64,000 bases of DNA from Myxococcota bacterium (GTDB lineage: Bacteria > Myxococcota_A > UBA796 > SXON01): NCBI GenBank assembly GCA_040386535.1, contig JAZKFH010000019.1:258186-322185 (forward strand), in the 5' to 3' direction. Under the pieces are notes generated by a model, which did no database searches, was not told the origin of the DNA, and saw only the letters and a program-made list of their open reading frames with translations. A program made the translations under genes and the position numbers. Positions within the stretch are counted from its first letter, which is position 1, and each line of letters begins with the position of its first letter. Shown here in pieces: positions 50,282-60,164 of the stretch.

Positions 50282-51496
50282 TTACTTGCCGACCCGCAAC
50301 CGCAGACCCGCGTACACCGAGTTGGGATCGGCCCCGAGCACGTCGCGGTTGGCCTCGTGCAGCTCGGCGGCGCGGTCGGCCGAGCCGAGCTCGCGGGCCG
50401 CGATCGTGGCGAGGGTCTCCCCCCGTTGCACGACCACCACGCGCCCGCTCACGGTGCGGTAGCCCGACTTGGGCGCCTCGCCGCCGAGCCAGCGCGCCTC
50501 GAGCCGCGCGAGCATGCCCTGGTCGCCGAGGTCGCGGAGGACCCGGTTCACGTCCGCCTGCAACGCGGCGTCGTCCGCGCGCAGCGCCACGTTGTAGGTC
50601 GCCACGTTCAGGGCGTCGTCCGCGATGCGCAGCCCGTCCCCGAAGGCCTGGAGCTCATGCCGGACGAGCGGGCAGTCGTAGACCACCGCGTCGAGCTTGC
50701 CGCGCGAGAGCTGCTCGAAGTAGCCGTAGTCGCCGAAGACCACGCGCTCGTAGGCCGCGCCGACCGTGGCGGCGACGAGCTGGGTCGCCACGGGATCGTC
50801 GTACATGCCGATCCGCTTGCCGCGCAGCGCGTCCAGCGTCTTGATGGGGGAGCGCTTCGCCACGACGAGGCAGTGGCTGTACTGCAGGTACGACGTGGTC
50901 CACGCGATCCCCGCCCACGTGCCGCTCGGGGAGAGCTGGCCGATGGCGAGGTCGGCCTCGCCCGCGCGCAGCCGATCCGGGAGCTGCGTGAAGGTGCTCG
51001 GCACCACGGTGAGGGGCACGCCGGCCTCCGCCGCGAGAGCGGACATGACGCCGAACTCGAAGCCCTCGTAGCCGCCCTCGACACCACCCTCGCGGGGGCG
51101 GGAGAGGAACGGGGCGGCGTCGGGATCGGCCGCCACGCGCAACGCGCCGCGCGCACGGACGGCTGCGAGGCCGCCCGTGACCTTGGAGGCGGCGGTGGAG
51201 GTGGGCTTGATGGGAGCGGCGGTCTTGGAGGCCCCTGCGGGGGTGTCCGAAGCGACCGGCCGCGCGGCGCCAGCGCCCAGGGAGACGACGCTCACGAACA
51301 GGACCCCCACGCCGGCCGCCACCGCCGCGAACAAGAGCGCGATGGCCGCGGGCGCGGGAAGACCCCGGCGCCTCCGCGCCCCCGCTGCTGCCGCGCGTGC
51401 CACGGTGACCGTGTGCGCCGACCCACACGACGGACACCGATCCGCGTCCTTGGCGACCTTGGACCCACAATGCGCGCACTTGTCCCACGTGCTCAC
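50282..51496 (-). CDS. Zinc-ribbon + TM + family-3 solute-binding domain + LysM
   Basis: GTG overlaps the upstream stop; CAHCG...CPSCG; TM; RGALRVA...PF...GFE; LysM VQRGETL..IA...ANR...NSVYAG.RL. Confidence 0.85.
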   Translation of the reverse strand: MSTWDKCAHCGSKVAKDADRCPSCGSAHTVTVARAAAAGARRRRGLPAPAAIALLFAAVAAGVGVLFVSVVSLGAGAARPVASDTPAGASKTAAPIKPTSTAASKVTGGLAAVRARGALRVAADPDAAPFLSRPREGGVEGGYEGFEFGVMSALAAEAGVPLTVVPSTFTQLPDRLRAGEADLAIGQLSPSGTWAGIAWTTSYLQYSHCLVVAKRSPIKTLDALRGKRIGMYDDPVATQLVAATVGAAYERVVFGDYGYFEQLSRGKLDAVVYDCPLVRHELQAFGDGLRIADDALNVATYNVALRADDAALQADVNRVLRDLGDQGMLARLEARWLGGEAPKSGYRTVSGRVVVVQRGETLATIAARELGSADRAAELHEANRDVLGADPNSVYAGLRLRVGK

Positions 51497-52566
51497 GGCT
51501 TCGCCCCGGTCGCGCCCGGCACCCGCAGGCGCATCCCGGTGTAGATCTGGTTCGGATCGGGGCCGACCACGTCCTTGTTGGTCTCGTACAGCGCCTTCCA
51601 CTTCTCCGTGTCACCCAGCTCACGGCGGGCGATGAGCGAGAGGGTCTCGCCGCGCTTGACGACTACGACCTTGCCCGTGGCGCTCGTGTAGGAGTCCTTC
51701 GGCGCGCTGGCGCCGAGCCACCGCTGCTCGAGCGTGGCGAGGAGGCCCTGATCGCCGAGCTCCTTGAGCACCGCGTTGACGTCGGCGAGGAGCGCGGTGT
51801 CCCACATTGGCACGGCCACGTTGTAGGTGGCGACGTTCAGCGCGTCCTCCGCGATGCGGAGCTTGTCACCGTAGGTGGTCATCTCGTGGCGCGCGAGGGG
51901 GCAGTCGTAGACCATGCCGTCGAGCTGGCCGCGCACCATCTTCTCGAAGTAGCCGTAGTCGTCGAACAACACGCGCTCGTAGGCCGCGCTCACCAGAACG
52001 TCCGTGACCTGGCGCGCCACGACATCGTCGTACATGGCGACACGTTTGCCCTTCAGATCGGCGACGGTCTTCACCGCGCTGCCGGACGGCACGACGAGGC
52101 ACAGGCTGTATTGGAGGTAGGACACCGACCACGCGAGGTCGCCATAGGAGGCGCTGGGCGAGATCTGGCCGATGGCGATGTCGGCCGCGCCGGAGGTCAC
52201 CTTCTCCGTGAGGTTCGGGAATGTCGCGCCCACGATCTCGGCGGGCACGCCGGCGCGGTCCGCCAGGGCCCGCACGATGGCGTACTCGTAGCCCTCCCAG
52301 TTGCCGTCCGCGCCCTTCGCCAGGAACGGCGCCGCGTCGGGATCCGCGGCCACACGCAACACCCCGCGGCGCCGCACGCCGTCGAGGCCACCGTCCGCCG
52401 CGAGCGGGTTGACGACCGGGGGGCGGGGGGCCTCCTCGGGCACCTCCACCACCGTGGTGGTCGTGGACGAGGGGCCCGCGCCGCAGGCGAGGGACAGGCC
52501 CACGAGACCGCCGCCGGCGGCCAGGGACAGCCCACGTGGGAGGAGCGTGCGGGGAAGTGTCGTCAT
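51493..52566 (-). CDS. Family-3 solute-binding lipoprotein + LysM
   Basis: LSLAC lipobox; RGVLRVAADPDAAPF; LysM VKRGETLS.IA...LYETNK...PNQIYTG.RL.VP. Confidence 0.87.
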   Translation of the reverse strand: MTTLPRTLLPRGLSLAAGGGLVGLSLACGAGPSSTTTTVVEVPEEAPRPPVVNPLAADGGLDGVRRRGVLRVAADPDAAPFLAKGADGNWEGYEYAIVRALADRAGVPAEIVGATFPNLTEKVTSGAADIAIGQISPSASYGDLAWSVSYLQYSLCLVVPSGSAVKTVADLKGKRVAMYDDVVARQVTDVLVSAAYERVLFDDYGYFEKMVRGQLDGMVYDCPLARHEMTTYGDKLRIAEDALNVATYNVAVPMWDTALLADVNAVLKELGDQGLLATLEQRWLGASAPKDSYTSATGKVVVVKRGETLSLIARRELGDTEKWKALYETNKDVVGPDPNQIYTGMRLRVPGATGAKP

Positions 52567-52681
52567 CGTGACCTCGTGTGCGCCCGCCGCTTGCACAGCA
52601 GGAAGGCGTTCGCGCGCATCATCCCCCGGGCCGCCGAAGGCGGCAAGCGATAGGGGGCCCGGCTTCCCGACGGGGCTCTCC

Positions 52682-53899
52682 ATGGACGTCGTCTTCCTCT
52701 CGCCCGCCTACCCGCCGGAGATGGCCGAGTTCACCCGTGGGCTCGCCGAGGTGGGCGCGCGGGTGTACGGCGTGGGCGACTCCTCGCCCGACTCCCTCTC
52801 GGGCGCCCTCCGGGGGCACCTCGCCGACTACGTCCACGTGCCCCGCATCATGGACGACGCCGATGTCATCGCGCGCGTCGGGCGCTGGCTCGGGGGGCGC
52901 CGGCCAGACCGGATCGAGACGAACTGGGAGCCCCTCACCATCCTCGCCGCTCGGATGCGCGCCGCGTTCGGCGTGCCCGGCCTCGTGGAGGATGTCGTGC
53001 TCGGCTTCCGCGACAAGCCGCTCATGCGGGAGCGCGTGGCGCGGGCGGGCCTGCGCGTGCCCCGATCGGCCCGGGCCCGGACGCGGGCCGAGGCCTGGGA
53101 AGCGGCGGGGGAGATCGGGTTTCCCCTCATCGTCAAGCCGGTCGCGGGCGCCGGCAGCGCGGACACGTTCCGGGTGGGCGCGGCGCGCGAGCTCGACACC
53201 GTGCTCGACAAGATCCGGCACGTCCCCGAGGTGAGCGTCGAGGAGTTCGTCGAGGGGGACGAGTACACCTACGAGACGCTCTGCGTGGACGGCGAGCCGG
53301 TCTACGAGAGCGTGTGCCAATACTTCCCGAACGCCCTGGTGGCCCGCCAGAACGAGTGGATCAGCCCCATCATCCAGAGCATCCGCCACCTCGACGATCC
53401 GCGCGTGCGCGACGGCGTGACGCTCGGCCGCTCGGTGCTCCGCGCGCTCGGGATGGGCAGCGGGTTCACCCACATGGAGTGGTTCCGCACCCCGTCGGGG
53501 GAGGCCGTGTTCGGCGAGGTCGCCTGTCGCGCTCCGGGTGCGAACATGGTGGATCTGATGAACTACACCAGCGACGTCGACCTGTTCCGGGAGTGGGCGC
53601 GCGTCGTATGTCACGGCACGTGTGAGGCCCCCCGTGAGCGGCCGTGGAGCGCCGCGATCGTGTTCAAGCGGGCCGAAGGGCAGGGGAGGATCGCGGCCGT
53701 GGAGGGCGTCGAGGCGTTCCGGCGGCGCCACGGCAGCGCAATCGTCCGGCAGGACCTCCTCCAGATCGGCGCGCCGCGGCGGGACTGGAAGCAGACCTTC
53801 CTGTCCGACGGCAACGTCGTGGTGCGGCATCCCGACGGGGACGAGACCCTTCGCATCGCGATGGACGCCGCGGCCAACATCCATCTGCATGCGCGCTGA
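52682..53899 (+). CDS. ATP-grasp domain protein
   Basis: FRDKPLMR, FPLIVKPVAGAGS, EEFVEGDE, FTHMEWF, GEVACR.PG. Confidence 0.88.
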   Translation: MDVVFLSPAYPPEMAEFTRGLAEVGARVYGVGDSSPDSLSGALRGHLADYVHVPRIMDDADVIARVGRWLGGRRPDRIETNWEPLTILAARMRAAFGVPGLVEDVVLGFRDKPLMRERVARAGLRVPRSARARTRAEAWEAAGEIGFPLIVKPVAGAGSADTFRVGAARELDTVLDKIRHVPEVSVEEFVEGDEYTYETLCVDGEPVYESVCQYFPNALVARQNEWISPIIQSIRHLDDPRVRDGVTLGRSVLRALGMGSGFTHMEWFRTPSGEAVFGEVACRAPGANMVDLMNYTSDVDLFREWARVVCHGTCEAPRERPWSAAIVFKRAEGQGRIAAVEGVEAFRRRHGSAIVRQDLLQIGAPRRDWKQTFLSDGNVVVRHPDGDETLRIAMDAAANIHLHAR

Positions 53900-53904
53900 C
53901 CGCC

Positions 53905-54981
53905 GTGGTTGAGCCCGCCGGCGGCACGGCCGCGGGCCGCTCGACGGCCTTCCGCATCCTGCTGGTGGCCGCGCTCCTCGGCGTCGGCTGGCTGGTGCAC
54001 CCCTATTTCCAGGTGCTCACCATCGCCGTGATCACGGCGGTGTTGGCCTCCCCGGTGCACGTGGGCGCGCTGCGCCTCCTCCGGGGGCGCGCCTACACGG
54101 CGGCCGTCGTGACGACCACGCTGCTCACCGTCGGGGTGTTCGTACCCCTCGCCGGCCTCACGTGGCTGCTCTCCCGCGAGCTGCTCCGTATCGCCAACGT
54201 CGTCGTGGTCTCCCTCCGCGAAGGCGGGCTCGACCGTGTGCTCGACACCCTCGACTCGCCGCTGTTGATGGGCTGGCTCGCCGACTTCGGCGTCGATCGC
54301 CAGGAGCTCTCCGCGGCGCTCGCCGACGGGGTCCAGCAGGTGTCCGTGGCCGTCGCCGGGGGCCTCGCGGCCAGCCTGCCGAACTTCTTCACGCAGACCG
54401 CCGGCGTGCTCCTCGACATCGTCGTGTTCTTCCTCTCCGTCGTGACCCTGCTCGCACGCGGTCCGGATCTGCTGCGGTGGATCGGGCGCATCTCCCCGCT
54501 CGATCCACGGTACCTCCAGCGCCTGTTCGATGTCTTCGCGAGCTTCGCGCGCAACGTGGTGCTGGCCGGCCTCGTGTGTGGCGTCCTGCAGGGCCTGGTC
54601 GCCACCCTCGGCTACTGGATCGCGGGCATCGACCGGCCGTTCGCGCTCGGCGTGCTCACGGGCGTGCTGACCTACGTGCCCTTCGTCGGCACCGCGCTGG
54701 TGTGGATCCCGCTCACGGCCGATCTCGTGTTGACCGGCGCGTGGGGCACCGCCGCGTTCATCCTCATCTGGTCGATCGTCATCACCGCCTCCGTCGACAA
54801 CGTCGTGCGGCCGCTCATCGTGCGGGGCCAGTCCGGCATCCACCCGCTGCTCATCCTGCTCGGCGTGCTCGGCGGCCTCGAGTGGCTCGGCATCGTCGGC
54901 GTGCTCATCGGGCCCGTGCTCGTGGCGATGTTGGCGACCTTGCTGACGTTGTACACGGAAGAGGTCGCGCCGAACGGATAG
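53905..54981 (+). CDS. AI-2E family transporter
   Basis: LQGL, VPFVGTALVWIP, DNVVRP, HPLLILLGVLGG..W.G..G..IGP. Confidence 0.92.
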   Translation: MVEPAGGTAAGRSTAFRILLVAALLGVGWLVHPYFQVLTIAVITAVLASPVHVGALRLLRGRAYTAAVVTTTLLTVGVFVPLAGLTWLLSRELLRIANVVVVSLREGGLDRVLDTLDSPLLMGWLADFGVDRQELSAALADGVQQVSVAVAGGLAASLPNFFTQTAGVLLDIVVFFLSVVTLLARGPDLLRWIGRISPLDPRYLQRLFDVFASFARNVVLAGLVCGVLQGLVATLGYWIAGIDRPFALGVLTGVLTYVPFVGTALVWIPLTADLVLTGAWGTAAFILIWSIVITASVDNVVRPLIVRGQSGIHPLLILLGVLGGLEWLGIVGVLIGPVLVAMLATLLTLYTEEVAPNG

Positions 54982-54990
54982 ACCGCGGGG

Positions 54991-55911
54991 ATGTGGCTCG
55001 TCCTCGTCCTCTCTACCGCACACGCCGACGTTCCCCCGCCCATCGTCAACGGCGAGCTCACCCGCCTGTACCCGCAGGCCGTGTTGTTGCGGCATGCGGA
55101 CGCCGGTTGGAACAGCGTGTTCGTGTGCACCGGCACCCTCGTGGCGCCGCGCTGGGTGCTCACCGCCGCGCACTGCACCGTCGACGCGTACGGCTACGGG
55201 TTGACCGAGATGCACGTGTACGTCGGCCACGAGTGGACGTTCGGCGCCGACGAGATCGTGGCGGACGATTGGTTTCCCCACCCCGACTACTACGTGTCAC
55301 CCAACGGCCTGCAGATCGACCACGACCTCGGCTTCGTGCACCTCTCGGAGCCGATCGAGCTCGATCCGATCGCGCTCGCGACGACGGCGCCCGAGGTGGG
55401 GGAGGAGCTGCGTTGGGTGGGGTGGGGGGCCTCCGGCGACCACGCGGGCGACTCCGGCTACTACAAGCGCATGGCCGACATGCCGGTGGTGGGCCTGGAG
55501 GACGAGTTCCTGCTCGCCTACGACGCCGGCGGGGCGGCCACGTGCGGGGGGGACTCGGGCGGGCCCGTGTTCCGCCTCGGTGCCGACGGGGTGCCGACGC
55601 TGGTGGCCGCCCACTCGTTTGGCCGGGACGACGATGGCACGCTGTGCGCCGGGAGCACCTCGGGTGACACGCGGGTCGATCTGTACCTGGATTGGATCGC
55701 GGAGACGCTTGGGGAGGACACGGGCGAGCCCGACGACACCGATGCGGTGGACACGGACGCGGAGGACACGGACGCGGAGGACACCGGTCCCGACGAGGAC
55801 GAGGCCGCCGGCTGTGCGTGCGACAGCGCCACCTCGCCCGGCGGATCCTTGCTCCTCGCGCTCGCGACGATCGCCCCCCTCCTTCGGCGGCGCATCCGGC
55901 GGCGCCGATGA
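54991..55911 (+). CDS. Secreted S1 (trypsin-like) serine protease with MYXO-CTERM-like tail
   Basis: IVNG, LTAAHC, HDLG, GDSGGP; tail GCAC...LLLALA...RRRIRRRR. Confidence 0.92.
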   Translation: MWLVLVLSTAHADVPPPIVNGELTRLYPQAVLLRHADAGWNSVFVCTGTLVAPRWVLTAAHCTVDAYGYGLTEMHVYVGHEWTFGADEIVADDWFPHPDYYVSPNGLQIDHDLGFVHLSEPIELDPIALATTAPEVGEELRWVGWGASGDHAGDSGYYKRMADMPVVGLEDEFLLAYDAGGAATCGGDSGGPVFRLGADGVPTLVAAHSFGRDDDGTLCAGSTSGDTRVDLYLDWIAETLGEDTGEPDDTDAVDTDAEDTDAEDTGPDEDEAAGCACDSATSPGGSLLLALATIAPLLRRRIRRRR

Positions 55912-56174
55912 CCCTCCTCGCGCTGTTGTTGGGCTGCGCCCGGAACGCGTGCGAGGACTGGGCGGCGGTCGCGCTCGCCTGTGTCGACGAGGCGGGGGAG
56001 GACACGCGCGTCTACGAACCCGACGCCGCCTGCCCCGGCTGGTCGTCCGAGGCGCAGGCCCTGTACGGCTCGTGGTACCGCTGCCAGGAGGACGCCTGGG
56101 CGGCGGCCGACTGCGCTTCCGCCGAAGGCGTCGAGACGGCGCGGGAAGACGCGGCCACGTGCCCGGCCCCCTGA
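55908..56174 (+). CDS. Small Cys-rich lipoprotein
   Basis: ATGA overlap; MTLLALLLGC; six further Cys. Confidence 0.65.
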   Translation: MTLLALLLGCARNACEDWAAVALACVDEAGEDTRVYEPDAACPGWSSEAQALYGSWYRCQEDAWAAADCASAEGVETAREDAATCPAP

Positions 56175-56222
56175 TCCGCCTGCGAGACTCGCAACCGGCC
56201 GCTCTGGTACGCTGTCCCCGCG

Positions 56223-57269
56223 ATGCTCGCCCGCCTGCTCCCGCCCGACCCGTCGATCCGCGCCCGGCGCCTGTCCGGGACGCTCGCGGCCCTGGCTGTG
56301 GTGGCGGTGGGGGTGCACCGTGTGGATCCGGCGCTTCCCTTTCCGCTGATCGAGTCCTGGGCGCTCGCCGGGGCCGGCGTCGCCGCGCTCCTCGCGGTCC
56401 CGGTGCCATTGGGGCCCCTGGGCCGGCGGATCGGCGCGCTGGTCGTGGGGGCGCTGCTCCTCCGCGCCGGGCTCCCCGCCGCCCACAACGCGACGTTCCC
56501 GTGGGTCGAGCTGGGGCGCGCGCGCCTCGCCGAGTGGGAGGATCTCGCGCTGTTCGGCTTGTGCCTCGCGACGGTGGCGACGGGTGCGGCCGCCACCGCC
56601 GCCGAGCGATGGATGGCGCGGGGCGCGGGGATCCTCGCGGCCGTCGCCCTCGGCGTCACCCTCTTCCTGCCGATCAAGTCGAGCTTCCAGGGCCTCGCGG
56701 CCCCGGCGCCGGGCATGACCGCGGTCCCCGTCCTCACGTGGCGCGGGCCGATCCCGCAGCGGTGGACCCGCACCTTCACCACCGGGAGCGGGCTGGTGTT
56801 GTTCCCCGAGCACGTACGGGACGAGTGGGCACTGATGGCCATTGCCGGCGGGATCCACCAGGACGCGGCGACCGCCGCCGTGAAGCGCGGGGAGACGCGC
56901 CCGTGGGTGGCCGCTGTGCAAGGCGGGGTGCGGATCGGGACGTGGACCGTGCTCCAGTGGATCGCGGCGCTCGCGCATGGCGCGCGGACCGTGGCGTTTC
57001 CGCTCGTGCTCGTGCTCGTCGGAGCCTCGTTCCTGGGGCGTCCGCCCCCTGAACGGCTCCGGCTCACGACGAGGTGGGTCTGCGGCGCCGGGCTCGTGCT
57101 GGTCCCCGCGGCCAACCTCGCGGCGCTGGTCGCGGGCACGCTGGTGTGGCTCCCGGATGGCGGCGGGCTGCGGATCTCCGCGGCAGCCTCGACCCTGGCG
57201 ATGCTCGCGCTCGTCGGGCTCGTCAGCGCCTCGGCGCCCGGTCGCTCCACCCTCGGAGCCGCGTCGTGA
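56223..57269 (+). CDS. Multi-TM hypothetical membrane protein
   Basis: About 8 hydrophobic segments; stop overlaps the next start. Confidence 0.6.
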   Translation: MLARLLPPDPSIRARRLSGTLAALAVVAVGVHRVDPALPFPLIESWALAGAGVAALLAVPVPLGPLGRRIGALVVGALLLRAGLPAAHNATFPWVELGRARLAEWEDLALFGLCLATVATGAAATAAERWMARGAGILAAVALGVTLFLPIKSSFQGLAAPAPGMTAVPVLTWRGPIPQRWTRTFTTGSGLVLFPEHVRDEWALMAIAGGIHQDAATAAVKRGETRPWVAAVQGGVRIGTWTVLQWIAALAHGARTVAFPLVLVLVGASFLGRPPPERLRLTTRWVCGAGLVLVPAANLAALVAGTLVWLPDGGGLRISAAASTLAMLALVGLVSASAPGRSTLGAAS

Positions 57270-58645
57270 TCCTCGCGCACCTCCTCCTCGCCTGCGCCGA
57301 CGCCCCCGTCACGACCGTGGCCCCGCCCGTCGCGGCGCCCTCGGCGACCGCCCCGGACCTCGTGATCGTGGGCGTCGCCGGGCTGCGCTCCGATCCACGC
57401 TCCCGCTCCAGCGACTGGTTCCTCGAGGCCTTCGCGGGCGAGAAGGGCGTCGTGTTCGCCAACGCGTACGCCCAGTCTCCCTCTACGTTCGTGAGCCTCG
57501 GGAGCCTCCTCACCGGGCGGTACCCCTCCGCGGTGCCGCTCTGCGGCTTCCCGAGCGATCCGGACGACACGACGGCCCAGGCGCCGTGGTGCACCGAGGT
57601 GCCGGCGTCGGTCCCGACGTTGCCGGGCGTGCTCGCGCTCTACGGCTACCGCACGGCGCTCCTGACGGCGGATGTGCAGGGCGCCGAGCGCCTCGCGCCG
57701 CTGTTCGAGGACACGATCGTCGCCTCGCGGCGATGGCAGGACCGCGCCACCGACTGGGATCGCGTCCGCACGCTGGCCGAGGAGTGGTGGAACGAGGACG
57801 CGACGCGCCCGCGCCTCCTGGTCGTGGCCGTCTCGGATCTGGACGCGCGCAACGTGCCGGCCCTCCGCGTGAAGATGGGGCTCGATCTTGCGGGGGAGGG
57901 GGGCGCGCCGACACGCATCGATCGCGCCCTCGTCACCACCGGCTACCAACAGGCCGCGCGCTCCACCGGCGCGGCCACGCGCGCCCTCGTGGACGCGCTC
58001 CGCGGCGGGTCGACGCGCCCCACGTGGGCCGCGGTCCTCGGCACGAACGGCGTCAACCTCGGCGATGCCTCCGTGCCCGCCCAGGCGCTCCGCGACCGCT
58101 CGTGGAACGACCTGCTCCTCGACCGCACGCTGCACGTGCCCCTCGCGCTGATCGGCCCCCCGGGCACGCCGCCGGCCCGCGTCGAGGAGCAGGTGGTGGA
58201 GCTGGTCGATTTGCTCCCCACGCTCCTGTCGCTGGGCGGCGCCGTGCCCCCCGCGGGCATCCCCGGCCAGGATCTGCTCGCGACGCCCTTCGTGGCGGAT
58301 CCTTATGCCACCGCCTACGGCGAGTTCGGCGACATGCTCACCGTGCGCTCCGGCGCGCGCGCGTGGTCGGTGCGGGCGTTCTTCCACAACCGGAGCGCCC
58401 TCGATCCCGAGCTCACCAACTTCGTGCTCGACTACCGGCCCGACGCCGGCAAGTACGCGCTCCACGACCTGGTGAACGACCCGTTCCAGGAGCGGAACCT
58501 CCTCGACGCCGACCCGTCGGGCGCGCGTCGGATGAACGATCTGCTCGTGAAGATCCGCACGGGGCCCGGCGCCCCGCCGGAGGGTGCCCTGGACGCGCGC
58601 CGGATCTGGGAGCTGCGGATGTCGCCGGCGGATGGCTACTGGTAG
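57266..58645 (+). CDS. Sulfatase-like lipoprotein with degenerate active site
   Basis: F.NAYAQSPST..S..SLLTGRYP, LHVPL, LVDLLPTLL, G.DL, L.DL..DP..E.NL. Confidence 0.8.
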   Translation: MILAHLLLACADAPVTTVAPPVAAPSATAPDLVIVGVAGLRSDPRSRSSDWFLEAFAGEKGVVFANAYAQSPSTFVSLGSLLTGRYPSAVPLCGFPSDPDDTTAQAPWCTEVPASVPTLPGVLALYGYRTALLTADVQGAERLAPLFEDTIVASRRWQDRATDWDRVRTLAEEWWNEDATRPRLLVVAVSDLDARNVPALRVKMGLDLAGEGGAPTRIDRALVTTGYQQAARSTGAATRALVDALRGGSTRPTWAAVLGTNGVNLGDASVPAQALRDRSWNDLLLDRTLHVPLALIGPPGTPPARVEEQVVELVDLLPTLLSLGGAVPPAGIPGQDLLATPFVADPYATAYGEFGDMLTVRSGARAWSVRAFFHNRSALDPELTNFVLDYRPDAGKYALHDLVNDPFQERNLLDADPSGARRMNDLLVKIRTGPGAPPEGALDARRIWELRMSPADGYW

Positions 58646-58703
58646 GCGGCCCAGCCTGGAATTGCGCATCCGAAGCGCTTATGGTCAAGGTTTCGAGGTC
58701 CCC

Positions 58704-60164
58704 GTGAGCGTACCGAACGACGGCTCCGTCGCCAGCCTCTCCCCCGCCGGCGAACAGACGGCAGACCAGCGCGTGCGCGTGCCGTTCGACCGCCTCCGCG
58801 CCGCCTGGCGCGCCCAGACCACCCCGCCCGACGTGAGCGCGCGCCTCGCGTCGCTCGCGAAGCTCCAGGCGTGGATCGTGGCCCACCAGAAGGAGATCGC
58901 CGAGGCGGTCAGCGCCGACTTCGGCCATCGCTCCCACCACGAGACCATCGCCGCCGAGCTCGCGCTCTCCGCCACCGATCTGCAGCACACCCGCGCGCAC
59001 CTCTCCAGCTGGGCGCGGCCCGAGTCCCGGTCGACCTTCTGGGGGTTCCTCCCCGCGTCCTCGCGCCTCGTCCGCCAGCCGCTCGGCCTCGTGGGGGTCG
59101 TCGTCCCGTGGAACTACCCGTTCCAGCTCGCCGTGATGCCGCTCACCGCGGCCGTGGCGGCGGGCAACCGCGTGCTGCTCAAGCCCTCTGAGCTCACCCC
59201 CCGCACCGCGGAGCTCGTCACGACCATGGTCCGCGCGGTGTTCCCGCCCGACCAGGTCGACGTGGTGACCGGCGGCGCCGACGTCGGCGCGGCGTTCACG
59301 CGGCTCCCGTTCGACCACCTCTTCTTCACCGGCTCCACTTCGGTCGGCAAGATGGTCATGCGCGCCGCCGCGGAGAACCTCACCCCCGTCACCCTCGAGC
59401 TCGGCGGCAAGAGCCCGGTGATCGTGCACGCATCGTACGATCCGGCGCGGGCCGCCGAGACCGTCGCCGCGGGCAAGCTCCTCAACGCCGGTCAGACCTG
59501 CATCGCGCCGGACTACGTGCTCATCGCCCCCGAGCGGGTGGACGCGTTCGTGAAGGGCTACGAGCAGAGCGTGGCGCAGATGTACCCGCGCATCGTCGAC
59601 AATCCGGATTACACCAGCATCATCAACGATCGGCACTACGCCCGCCTCGATGCGCTGCTGGCCGACGCGGTGCAGAAGGGCGCCACGGTCAAGCAGATCA
59701 ACCCGGGCAACGAGACGGTCGGGACCTCGCGCAAGTTCTTCCCGACGATCGTGCTCGGCGCGACGCCGGACATGGCGCTGATGCAGGACGAGATCTTCGG
59801 GCCGATCCTGCCCGTGGTCGCGGTGAAGAGCGTGGACGAGGGCATCCGCTACGTCAACGAAAACCCGCGCCCGCTGGCGCTCTACTACTTCGACGACAAC
59901 GGGGCCCGCGTGGAGGACGTGTTGACGCGCACCACGTCGGGCGGCGCCTCGGTCAACGCGACGCTGTACCACATGGCCCAACACGACATGCCGTTCGGCG
60001 GCGTGGGCGCCAGCGGGATGGGTCGCTACCACGGGTTCGACGGATTCCGGACCTTCAGCCACGAGAAGAGCGTGTTCTACCAGACCCGGTTCAACGGCAC
60101 GGCCACGCTCCGGCCGCCGTACGGCAAGATGTTCGACAACCTCATGAAGCTGTTCGTCCGCTGA
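58704..60164 (+). CDS. Aldehyde dehydrogenase (coniferyl-aldehyde/ALDH3-like)
   Basis: PWNYP, KPSE, FTGSTSVG, LELGGKSP, NAGQTCIAPDY, EIFGP, PFGGVG.SGMG.YHG. Confidence 0.93.
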   Translation: MSVPNDGSVASLSPAGEQTADQRVRVPFDRLRAAWRAQTTPPDVSARLASLAKLQAWIVAHQKEIAEAVSADFGHRSHHETIAAELALSATDLQHTRAHLSSWARPESRSTFWGFLPASSRLVRQPLGLVGVVVPWNYPFQLAVMPLTAAVAAGNRVLLKPSELTPRTAELVTTMVRAVFPPDQVDVVTGGADVGAAFTRLPFDHLFFTGSTSVGKMVMRAAAENLTPVTLELGGKSPVIVHASYDPARAAETVAAGKLLNAGQTCIAPDYVLIAPERVDAFVKGYEQSVAQMYPRIVDNPDYTSIINDRHYARLDALLADAVQKGATVKQINPGNETVGTSRKFFPTIVLGATPDMALMQDEIFGPILPVVAVKSVDEGIRYVNENPRPLALYYFDDNGARVEDVLTRTTSGGASVNATLYHMAQHDMPFGGVGASGMGRYHGFDGFRTFSHEKSVFYQTRFNGTATLRPPYGKMFDNLMKLFVR

